A stretch of 64,000 bases of DNA, from contig CAVTUQ010000002.1 in assembly GCA_963737905.1 (NCBI GenBank), positions 288,001-352,000 on the forward strand, written 5' to 3'. The DNA comes from an uncultured delta proteobacterium (GTDB lineage Bacteria > Desulfobacterota > Binatia > UBA9968). The notes below the pieces were generated by a model. The model was not told the origin of the DNA, made no database searches, and was given only the letters and a program-made list of their open reading frames with translations. This document shows, in pieces, positions 43,908-52,983 of this stretch; the stretch's first letter is position 1; each line of letters starts with the position of its first letter. Made by a program: the position numbers and the translations under genes.

Positions 43908-44780
43908 ATGCTTCGCTCCAGAAACGTCTTCGCAATTTTTCTGGCACTGCTGACCGGCTGTGCTAACGCGCCGCGGGTGGATCTGGCGGCGCCACTCCCT
44001 CGCATTCGCTACCTGCTAACGTTCGACGACGGTCCAAGCAGTGCGTCGTCGCGTAACTCCACGGCCAGTATCGCAGATACGCTCGTGCAGAACCCGACAC
44101 AAAAGGGAATCAAAGCGATATTTTTCGTGCAAACGCGAGCCCGCACGGCGGGAGGTTCCGATACCGGAAAAAAGTTAATGCAGCGTCTGTTCGCGGAGGG
44201 TCACGTCCTCGGCTTGCATAGCGGTTCGGCCCGCGGCCACGTCAGCCATCGAGCGATGGAATCTTCCGAACTCGTCGTCTCACTCGCGGACGGTATGGCC
44301 GACATTGCCTCTGTCACCGGAGAGCCGCCGTCTTTGGTGCGGCCCCCGTTTTGGGCTTTCAGTTCCGTCACGCTGGACGCGTACCGGCAATCGGGTCTGT
44401 CCATGATACTCACCGATATCTCGAACCGCGACGGCGGGCCGTTCTTGTTTCAGGCGAATCCCACCGACGGCGGCACCATCCGCAATGATTTGGTACGCTT
44501 TCGAGAACGCTTGCGAGCGAGCGAGGTTCCACTCGTGGATGGCATAGCACCGGTGATTGTTACGTTTCACGATACCAATAACTACACAGCCGCGCATTTG
44601 TCTGACTATCTGGCGACGCTTGTCAGCGCTGCAAGTGACGTCCGGCTCGGCATGGCGGATCCACCGTATTATAATGATCGCGCAACCCTGCTCGCGGCCG
44701 CGCAAACAAGAAGCGGTGACACGGCCAGTCGTCGTGATATGGTTCCCTGGCCCTGGAACCTGATTTGGGCCGTACACTAA
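43908..44780 (+). CDS. Polysaccharide deacetylase (NodB/CE4) lipoprotein
   Basis: Lipobox LTGC, LTFDDGP, H(S)...H, RPPF, FHD. Confidence 0.87.
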   Translation: MLRSRNVFAIFLALLTGCANAPRVDLAAPLPRIRYLLTFDDGPSSASSRNSTASIADTLVQNPTQKGIKAIFFVQTRARTAGGSDTGKKLMQRLFAEGHVLGLHSGSARGHVSHRAMESSELVVSLADGMADIASVTGEPPSLVRPPFWAFSSVTLDAYRQSGLSMILTDISNRDGGPFLFQANPTDGGTIRNDLVRFRERLRASEVPLVDGIAPVIVTFHDTNNYTAAHLSDYLATLVSAASDVRLGMADPPYYNDRATLLAAAQTRSGDTASRRDMVPWPWNLIWAVH

Positions 44781-44870
44781 TGCAGGCGGGCGGATGCAGT
44801 CGTATTCACCTGCACGCTGGGCAAAGAAGAAATGAGCTAGTCCGGGATGCCGCCAGAAATCCAAAAGATC

Positions 44871-44937
44871 TTGCCTGCCACCCCTCCAACGTCAGCCGGG
44901 CGCTGCAGAGGAGTTAGTAGACTTAGGCAAGTCTGAC
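44871..44937. repeat. ~67-bp hairpin element, copy 1 (copy 2 at 46017-46083)
   Basis: TTGCCTGCCACCC...TTAGGCAAGTCTGAC; TTGCCT/AGGCAA inverted ends. Confidence 0.85.
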
Positions 44938-44945
44938 GGTATTCA

Positions 44946-45209
44946 ATTTGCCTCATCAAGTTTGGTGTAGTGCGTCCGGGCGCCGTTGCCGGAGAGAATT
45001 TCAGCTCCCTGTTCGATGCCTGTGAAGAATTGGCCTTGTCCCAGAAGCTGTCGTGCCTTATCGCGGGAGTGAATACGGCGCGCCAGGAGGCTTACCGCCA
45101 GATGCTTGCGCGCGGCTTTCGCGCCGAACTTTTAGGAGTGGCGATGGAGAAGCCGAACGAAGCGGGTTATAACCGACCGGGTGTTTATCTCATTGACGAT
45201 TGGCGCTAG
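44946..45209 (+). pseudogene. GNAT acetyltransferase C-terminal fragment
   Basis: IKFGVVRPG...AGVNTAR.EAY..M..RGFR...GYNRP.VY.IDDWR; 5' part absent at the hairpin repeat. Confidence 0.6.
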
Positions 45210-45419
45210 TGAATGGCGCCTAGCAAAACAGTATGGCAAAAAATAAAGCAAAGCCCGTCCCGCGATTAGAAACACTTCGAACATTTGTTGATCAGCAAGC
45301 CGAAGCAAATCACCGTTCAGGGTACGACTCCAACCCTTCTCGTAAACTGTCGTGATTGTGTGTGAGTTTAGAAAATCGCGCAGAGGCACAGGAGTGCCTT
45401 GATCGAAGAGAACCCGCAT
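45132..45419 (-). pseudogene. DUF5615 PIN-like toxin, truncated after ~52 aa
   Basis: MRVLFDQGTPVPLR...GW....NGDLL..A then loss of family-like sequence. Confidence 0.7.
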
Positions 45420-45424
45420 GGTCC

Positions 45425-45649
45425 TCAGTGCGCTTCTGTTTGTAAGCTACGCTGAGCGTGCTCTAGCACTGCTTCAGCCATTTCTCTGGAGACCCCAGGA
45501 AACCAGGAAAGGAAATCGTCGATCCGCGCGCCGCTTTCAAAATTTTCGAACAGCGCTTTAACTGGCACTCGCGTACCACGAAATACCCAGGCACCACTAA
45601 CCCGGTCAGGATCGCGCTCGACAGCAGGGCAAGAAGACCAATCCAGCAT
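45425..45649 (-). CDS. DUF433 family antitoxin
   Basis: DPDRVSGAWVFRGTRVPV.ALFEN...G..IDDFL.WFPGV. Confidence 0.9.
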   Translation of the reverse strand: MLDWSSCPAVERDPDRVSGAWVFRGTRVPVKALFENFESGARIDDFLSWFPGVSREMAEAVLEHAQRSLQTEAH

Positions 45650-45709
45650 GGTTAAAGGTTAGCCGGATTTCACCCCATCGGCAAGTTCCCGCGGTACCCA
45701 GCTGAAAAG

Positions 45710-45991
45710 GTTACCAGGAAACGGGAGCGGTATCGGCAGGAACGAGCGTTAGTGAGCTATTGTATCGGTACGGCGAGCTTAAGGTCTCGGTGGTTTACCG
45801 TGCCTCCAGACGGCTTGAACGGATTGAACTGTTTGAACGAGCAACGGCTCATTGCCGGGCGATTTGGAGGTTGGACAAGGGTTTGGTGAGCCGCGATCGT
45901 AGAGCGATCCACGGAAAGATCGAGACTGAACCGAAGATCCGAGAGTGGTTTCAGGATCTCACCAGGCTAAGTGCTTAAGTCAAGATTTGAC
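45710..45991 (+). repeat. HUH-end repeat copy R6 (9-mer insert)
   Basis: TTACCAGGAAACGG...AAGTCAAGATTTGACTTCTAG. Confidence 0.9.
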
Positions 45992-46016
45992 TTCTAGCGG
46001 CTCCTGGCCGATTTTT

Positions 46017-46083
46017 TTGCCTGCCACCCGTCCAACGTCAGCCGGGCGCTGCAGAAGAGTTAGTAGATTTAGGCAAGTCTGAC
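46017..46083. repeat. ~67-bp hairpin element, copy 2
   Basis: Three mismatches seen versus 44871-44937. Confidence 0.85.
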
Positions 46084-46343
46084 ATAGCTATCCCTAGCTA
46101 TCCCTCTTCCGCCCCCTTGATTTTCCGTTCTCTTAATCTTCTGACGTCTTGAACGATTTGAACAGAGCGTAGCGGTTAAACGCTTTGAACGCGCTCAGTC
46201 CTGAGCACAAGATTTTGTTTCCTCGCCAGCCACTTTTCAGTTTAACAATTCGCTCAGTCAATATAGTTCTCTTGGTGGTGCGTGATTAGTGATCAGAAAC
46301 CCCATGCGACTCTTGCTCGGCATGAAAGACGGTACGGCGTGGA

Positions 46344-46664
46344 TCACGAGACATGCAGAGAGGCGTTGTCTTTTTTGCCTTGATGCGGCTTAACTACGAT
46401 TTCCACATCTTGACCGAGCGCCACCAGGAATCGCAACAAGCGTTCCACCGAGAATTGCCGAAATTCCCCGCGAAGCATCTTTGAAACATCGGGCTGCCGG
46501 ATACCCAACAACGCGGCCACCTCGACTTGTTTGAGACCGCGTTCTTTCATGATCCCATCGATCTTCCAAACGAGTTTCGCCTTAACGAGATGTTCCTCTG
46601 CGTCGGGCAGCCCGAGGTCCTTAAAGACATTTCCGCTGCTTTTTTCGTAGCGCCTGCTGTTCAT
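46344..46664 (-). CDS. HigA-like XRE antitoxin (HTH_37)
   Basis: SSGNVFKDLG, LKQ.E.A.LLGI.QPDVS, FSVERL. Confidence 0.9.
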   Translation of the reverse strand: MNSRRYEKSSGNVFKDLGLPDAEEHLVKAKLVWKIDGIMKERGLKQVEVAALLGIRQPDVSKMLRGEFRQFSVERLLRFLVALGQDVEIVVKPHQGKKDNASLHVS

Positions 46665-47029
46665 GACATCATCTCCTTTGCGATCCGTTCCGCTTCGCGC
46701 AGTCGTTGCCTGATTAACTCGATATCCCGGCGCGGTGTTTCGCGCCCCGTTTTTGATTTCTTTTGAAAGGCATGCAACATAAACAAGACATCTGCATATT
46801 TCAAAGTGTATACGGCGCGGAACGTATCGCCCCGATAGTCTTCAATGATCTCCAGCACCCCCGCTCCACCAAAGCCGCTTAACGCCTTTGCATCACGATG
46901 TTTGCCGCCGGTCTGGGCAATCCACAGGGCATATCCCATGCGATGCTGTACATCCTCGGGAAATTCTCGCAAATCCTTGCGGCTTGATCCAATCCAGATC
47001 AGAGGTTTAGGTGACGGCTCATCAATCAC
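46661..47029 (-). CDS. RelE/HigB (Gp49-like) toxin
   Basis: WIGSSRKDL..FP, TFRAVY, LHAFQKKS. Confidence 0.9.
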   Translation of the reverse strand: MIDEPSPKPLIWIGSSRKDLREFPEDVQHRMGYALWIAQTGGKHRDAKALSGFGGAGVLEIIEDYRGDTFRAVYTLKYADVLFMLHAFQKKSKTGRETPRRDIELIRQRLREAERIAKEMMS

Positions 47030-47037
47030 TTAGTCAC

Positions 47038-47066
47038 AATATAGTGAATTCACCATATTAGGTCAA
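47038..47066 (-). promoter_or_regulatory. TA promoter with palindromic operator, probably leaderless
   Basis: TTGACC-17nt-TATATT; near-palindrome AATATAGTGAATTCACCATATT (47038-47059); GTG start 8 nt downstream. Confidence 0.7.
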
Positions 47067-47189
47067 GATAACCCTAAAAGCATTGCATCGACCGAGCACT
47101 TTGGAACTAGCGGATGATCCCGGATGCCAACGAGAGTGCTGGGCCCGACCGGACCTGCACTACATTGCTAGACCCCATGGTTTTGCTCG

Positions 47190-47322
47190 CAAATCGCTGA
47201 TCGCGATCGACGAAAAAATTATTCCCAGCATCAACCAAATTGCAAAATCGAAAAGAGTTACATCTGCGAAGCTCATCAATCAATGGTTGCGAGAAAAGAT
47301 CGCAACGTCAAAGCGGGCCTGA
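47190..47322 (+). pseudogene. CopG/RHH-type antitoxin C-terminal remnant
   Basis: IAIDEKI...INQIAKSKRVTSAKLINQWLREKI. Confidence 0.45.
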
Positions 47323-47355
47323 TCATTCGGTCAAGCGCGAAGAATGGGATAGGGT

Positions 47356-47489
47356 GCGGTTTAGCGGTTTGGATGGAGCTTTGGTGAGCCGCGACCGCAG
47401 ACCGATCCGGAAAAAATCGAGACTGAACCGAAGATCCGAAAGTGCTTTCAGGATCTCACCAGGCCAAGTACTTGAGTCAATGTTTGGCC
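47356..47489 (+). repeat. HUH-end repeat copy R7
   Basis: GCGGTTTGGATG...CTCACCAGGCCAAGTACTTGAGTCAATGTTTGGCC. Confidence 0.88.
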
Positions 47490-47710
47490 GTTTTGGCTTA
47501 TGTTCGCACTCACAATTAGTAATGTTGGATTGCAACACCTAATGGTAGACCTCAGGTCTGAAATATCCTGCCGAATGCAGATTCTTCCGAATATCAAATC
47601 CCGTCGTCAAGCATTGAATTTCCCTCGACTTAGCAAATCGGCTTTTATAATGTGAGCTGTGACCGGTTTCGGTGCCTGCTCGATTTTTTGTTTCCAGGAG
47701 GAACTGAACA

Positions 47711-48691
47711 ATGAAAAAAATCATCGTGTCGATGATCTCGCCACTGCTGATCGGCGTGTTGCTGCTTACCGCTCCATCGACGTTCGCCCTAGATAAAGTC
47801 AACGTTACTCTGCCATCCAGGTCGTTTCAGTTCATCATCTTTCCGCTCGCCAAGGAGCAGGGTTATATGAGGGAGGAAGGAATCGATCTTAATATCGTCG
47901 TCATGGCGTCCACCCCTAGCCTTCAAGCCGTGCTGGCCGGAGAAATGGATTTCACCGGTTCCGGGAGCGGCGCTCTAGTCGCTGTCGCTAAAGGTAATGC
48001 TCCGTTCAAAACCGTGTTGGCGGTCACCGACCAGGTGCTGCAGTGGCTCGTCGTGCGGCCGGAGTACAGTGCTTTCAAAGAACTAAAAAATAAGAAGATC
48101 GCCGTGACCGGGGTCGCCACGGTGGCGCCGTTCATGTTGAAGAGGATCGCTCTAAAATACGGTCTCGACGGCAACAGGGATTTTACGTTTATCGCGCTGC
48201 CGCCTGGTCAACGCCTCACGGCGCTGCAATCGGGAGCCGTGGATGCCGGCCTATTGAGCTCGGAGGAACGCTTTGCTGCTCTCGATCTCGGTATGAAAGA
48301 GATCTTGTATCTGGGCAAAGAGGTGAAAAATTCTTGGGGCACAGTGGCGACCACCGATCAATTTATCAAAGCCAAACCAAAGGTGACGCATGGTTTCATG
48401 CGTGCCCTCCTTAAATCCCTGCGCCTCGTCAAGCAGAACCGCGAGATCGCGATGGACACCATGATGAAATTTTCAGGGTTAACCAAGGAATTGGCGGCGC
48501 GGACATACGACGGCATGATCGGAACCTTTACAACCAACGGCGTGGTCGACGAAGAGACGCAGAGAAACGATCTCGACATCGTTCGCGAGGTCTTCAATAT
48601 ATCAAAGGAGGTGCCCATCGAGCGGGCCTACGATTTCAGGTTCGCAAAGAAGGCGGACAGCGAGCTGACACAAGAAGGCTGGAAACCTTAG
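47711..48691 (+). CDS. NitT/TauT ABC substrate-binding protein, copy 2 (identical protein to 42186-43166)
   Basis: Same 326-aa translation; 5525-bp offset. Confidence 0.88.
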   Translation: MKKIIVSMISPLLIGVLLLTAPSTFALDKVNVTLPSRSFQFIIFPLAKEQGYMREEGIDLNIVVMASTPSLQAVLAGEMDFTGSGSGALVAVAKGNAPFKTVLAVTDQVLQWLVVRPEYSAFKELKNKKIAVTGVATVAPFMLKRIALKYGLDGNRDFTFIALPPGQRLTALQSGAVDAGLLSSEERFAALDLGMKEILYLGKEVKNSWGTVATTDQFIKAKPKVTHGFMRALLKSLRLVKQNREIAMDTMMKFSGLTKELAARTYDGMIGTFTTNGVVDEETQRNDLDIVREVFNISKEVPIERAYDFRFAKKADSELTQEGWKP

Positions 48692-48721
48692 AAACTTTTT
48701 CACGGTCGGACTTGGTCGGAC

Positions 48722-48921
48722 TATCGAATGATCCAAAGCATCGACGCCGAAGCGCTAATCAAGCAAGCAGCGGATGATCGCCGGGTGGTTTGTAGGTTTG
48801 GATGAGGATTTGGTGAACCGCGATCGCAGAGCGATCCGGGAAAAGATTGAGACTGAACCGAAGATCCGAAAGTAGTTTCAGTATCTCACCAGGCTAAGTA
48901 CTTAAGTCAAGATTTGATCCC
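48722..48921 (+). repeat. HUH-end repeat copy R8
   Basis: ...CTCACCAGGCTAAGTACTTAAGTCAAGATTTGATCCCTAA. Confidence 0.9.
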
Positions 48922-51900
48922 TAACGCTTTTATTGCACAATAACTGCTTGACGGGAAATATAGGATGTCCTCTAGTTTTGTCCTAGCCTGCAAACCACTG
49001 CTCTTTTTCCGCGACTTGCCCAACAGGCACGATTTTCCTCGCAACATTCTCCTTGCACTTGGATTCGGCAGCGGCAACCAAGAAAGCTGGGTACTGATCT
49101 GCATTCTTGACGATTTGAACTGCACGCTCCAAAGGAATCACTCTTTTTTCAGCTCGGGTCATGAATTGCTGATATGCAGAACGCTTTGACACCACGCCCT
49201 TTCTGAAACAACGCGCGATCACTTGCAGCGAATGCTCCCAGTGTTCGTCGCCCGTCCCAAGAAGCAGAACTGCACCGTTCTGGCAAAACTGCAGAATCCG
49301 CTGATCATCAGATGTATAATCGGCCAAATACTTGCGATACAGCGTTAACTGGGTGCTGGGTGGCGTTCGAAGTGCCAGGGCAACACAACTTCGCGGCGAA
49401 ATCGAGTCTGGCAGAGATTTTAGGTTTAGCTCGAGTAGTCGATCGCCCGATTGCGTCAGAGTTAGCGCTATGCCATGTTCAACAGAGTCATAGAATCGCG
49501 TCCAGTCACCGTCCTCAAGCTCAGCCATGACGGACTCAAACTGAGGAAGCGACTGTATAATCGTGTTTTCGCTGGCCCAGGTTAACCACAATTGGCTGAC
49601 CTGAAGTTTCTGTAGGGTACTCTGCGCTGCATGAAACTGTCTCGGCCACCATGCCGCTGTACCCGCGCGAAGACGCGCGTATCTTGATCGCCTGCACAGG
49701 GATTTACTATCCTCGAAGGGATCTGGACAGTCTGTGCACGTCTCAGTCGTTGATTTAATACCACTCCCTACATTGGCCATATGGTAGAAAGCCCATTCAT
49801 TATCCCAGTGTCGTCTTCCTTCTTCTACAACAGTGTCCCAGGGGGACAACTCCGTCGCCCATTCACCTGCTGGTCGGTCCGATTGCTTCTGCACAACGGC
49901 AATAAAAGCAGAGCACGTCCCGGCATTAATGGAGGAGGGTACTGAAGCGGTTGTCGTGCGAAGTTCTGAAAAGGCCTGAGGTTCGGCATGAGTCCAACTC
50001 GTAGAGAGCGGAACATTGTGCGGAAACTTGAACGCAACAGCGTACCGGTTGACATCTAGACAGTGACCAAACAGGTCGAGGATCCCTTGTACGGGCGACG
50101 TCGAAGTCGCCTCGGTCTCCAAACGAAGAATACTCCTTAGCCCGATCGAGAACCGAGCTTCATTCGACTCCAGAAAGTCAAACCGTTTCGCCCGATACAA
50201 AAGATCAACTCTGTCGGAATTCAGTGGCTGCTCTGAAAGAATGTCTTCTAATTGCTCGATGGGGGTATTCGACAGGCAGCCGAGTTGGAGTCCATATCGG
50301 AGCCAATCCGTTCGTGCACTGGATTGAACAGCACGAGCATTGTCTAACCAGACTGGAAACATTTCAGCGGATGAAACGTTCGATTTCAGGAGATCAATTA
50401 CATCAAGTGCGTAGTCTAAAGGTGGGTGCTGACGAAGCAAGGACACGCACCGATCTACGATTTCTTGCTTTCCACAACCCTTGGGGAGCACAACGGGGTT
50501 AGAGCGTCCCCCTCTCCGGCTGTTCGCGGTTAGTACAAACCTAAGCCCCAGTCCATCTAGGATTAAATTCAAGACCTCGCTCACTGACTTTGGATATTGA
50601 GAGAAAACCCAGTCGGAGAGAAGGATCGCCCCCAAAATTCGCGGATGACTAGTAATACCGTAATCAGGATCGTTTGCAAGCTCTTGCAGCCGATCAATTA
50701 ACGACGCCAGTTCACCCTTGCTGTAGCAGCCAGCGTAGAAACGGGTCACGTTAAGCCAATAGAAATCTCGCGCAAGCGCGTCGAATCTGTCTGGCTTGGT
50801 CCCACGCTTTTCGGCACCCGGCGGTGAGTAGGGCGCTGTTTCATATAGAAACCTGGCCGCAAAGTACTCTCGCAATGGCTGGACTTCAAATTCGTACGTA
50901 CCTTGAACGCGCGATACAAGTGCAACTACTCTTTCCACCATTCCCGTGAAGAGGGTCTGCGCTAAATCAGAATTGTGCCCCTCATTTTCCAAGTATTCCT
51001 TCAGAACTTTTGTAAGCCGGTCGGCAGTAATTGCGCCGTTCCTTCTGCTCTGCTCGCGCTCGTTCCCGAGTTCCACTTCGCTATGGAGGAGCCAAGCAAG
51101 ATATCTATGAATATTGATCAGTAGTTCACGGTGATCTCGAACGGTGGGACTCTTCTCTGCTTCTCGGTTAAAAAAAAGCTCGATATAGTTGTCATATAAA
51201 GCCGTCCGTTTATCAGGAAGGGAAGTACCTCGGGTGTGGATTAAACTAAGCAGAATTGCAAGTTGCATGGGATTTCTTGCCAAATCTCGTAGGTGAGGTT
51301 GGGTCAGTTTTTCCTTCAGAATCTTCTTCACCTCATCGCTCTCTCGCTCTTGCAGGCGTCGTGCCTTCAACCATTTTTCCGCGTATTCGTCGATCAACTC
51401 GCGACTCAGGTCGCCAAGTTCAAAGTAGTTGAATTTATCTTCCGGTAGACCCGGAGAATTGGCGAAAGCAGCAGGTCTACTCGTAACAACAACCTGAAGC
51501 GAGGCAGCATTGGCTTCTAGCCGGTCAAGGCCCTTGATGATTTCATCCACAACCTCTCGCCTGCGCTCGATATCGGCTACCTCATCGAGACCGTCAAAGA
51601 CAAGCAATATCGCGCTTAGCTTAGCGACCGCGTGCAAATCCGCTACCTCGAAGTGGATGCCACCAGATTGATATCTTATTAATGCAGATAAGAACGCTTC
51701 AAGAGACTTCGTCCACTCCCCTGCGACGATTTCACCACCCTCTGGCGTAAACGGGTTTCTCCTCGCTAGCCAGCTTGCTAGGTCTCGTAGGTCAACTTTG
51801 ATAGGCAGTCGCAAAGGAACTGTTTTGTATGATTCAGGAAGTTGCTGAATTTCCCCTGAAACCTCCAGAAGTCGCATCCGATGAACCTGGCAAAGAAATT

Positions 51901-52126
51901 GTGTGATAGTCGACTTCCCTTGGCCTGGGGCGCCCTCAAGTACGACGCGAGGAGACACGAATTGTGAACGCGAGCTGAGCAGGTGCGTATTCCGATGAAA
52001 TCGGCACCGATTCCGAAGCAAATCGGCATGCAGTCCGAGCAAATCGGCAATCCGAGGAGTCGGAGCGAAGCGACGCTGGGATTTTGTTCATAACCTAAGG
52101 GTACTGTTGGTTGCAAGTCCGTTAAA

Positions 52127-52855
52127 TCATTTCTTGGTTTTTCTGATCGACTCTCCTTTCAGTTCGATTTTGTAAGCGTGGTGCAGCAAGCGATCCAAGA
52201 TGGCATCGGCGACGGTGGGTTCACCGATGATGGTATGCCAGTCTTTGATCGGGCACTGGCTGGTGATGACAGTGGGATTTTTCTGATAGCGGTCCTCGAT
52301 GATTTCGAGCAGATCGTTACGTTGCGAATCATCGAGTGGAGTCAGAAACAGATCATCGAGGATAAGCAGTTGGACCTTGGCCAAGCGGGTGAGCATTTTG
52401 AGATGGGAGCCGTCGGCTTTGGCTTGAAGGAGCATTTCGAACAGACGCGGAGCGCGCAGATAGAGTACGGTGTAACCGTGGCGCGCAACGAAGTTGCCGA
52501 GCGCGCAGGCGATGTAACTTTTGCCGACGCCCGTGGGGCCGGTCAGGAGCACGGTATGGTGGCGGGTGATCCAGTCCGTAGAGGAGAGTTCCAAGATCGT
52601 CTGTTTGTTTAAGCCTCTGGGATGTTTGTAATCGATGTCTTCGAGACAAGCGGGTTGGGTGAGCTTGGCGTTAAGGAGGAGACGTTTTAAGCGAAGATTA
52701 TCGCGGTAGGTTTTTTCGTCTTGAACGATCAGACCGAAGAACTCCGGGTGGGAGAGATCGGCGGATGCGGGATGAGCGATCTTGTCGCCGAAGCTTCGTG
52801 CCATGCCGAAGAGTTTTAAAGCGTTAAGAGTTTGCAGAGTTTGTTCGTTGAGCAT
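52127..52855 (-). CDS. istB: IS21 helper ATPase
   Basis: GPTGVGKS, LLILDD, ADAILDRL.H, LKGESIR. Confidence 0.96.
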   Translation of the reverse strand: MLNEQTLQTLNALKLFGMARSFGDKIAHPASADLSHPEFFGLIVQDEKTYRDNLRLKRLLLNAKLTQPACLEDIDYKHPRGLNKQTILELSSTDWITRHHTVLLTGPTGVGKSYIACALGNFVARHGYTVLYLRAPRLFEMLLQAKADGSHLKMLTRLAKVQLLILDDLFLTPLDDSQRNDLLEIIEDRYQKNPTVITSQCPIKDWHTIIGEPTVADAILDRLLHHAYKIELKGESIRKTKK

Positions 52856-52983
52856 CGGAGATTTTCCTTTCTCGTTTTGGTTATCGATAAATTGGGGGTG
52901 GTCTACCCCTTCATCCCATTGAGAACGTGCGTCAAGGAGGCTTTAAACGCGTCGTTTTTTTCACGGTCATCTGATTTCTCGGT

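Noticed and set aside
37362-45978. Short ORFs 37362-37550, 41674-41880, 41862-42092 and 45760-45978 as real genes
   Set aside because: They are reading frames within the transposase-derived repeats, broken by indels.
36546-48921. R repeats as a CRISPR array or classical integron attC sites
   Set aside because: Units are 70-360 bp with kb-scale genes between them. There are no cas or intI genes in the window, no RYYYAAC/GTTRRRY boxes were evident, and the repeats translate to transposase-like protein.
51978-52042. Start of the 1019-aa NACHT ORF at 52042 as a separate gene
   Set aside because: Its first ~20 codons come from the IS end; the true N-terminus is at 55587.
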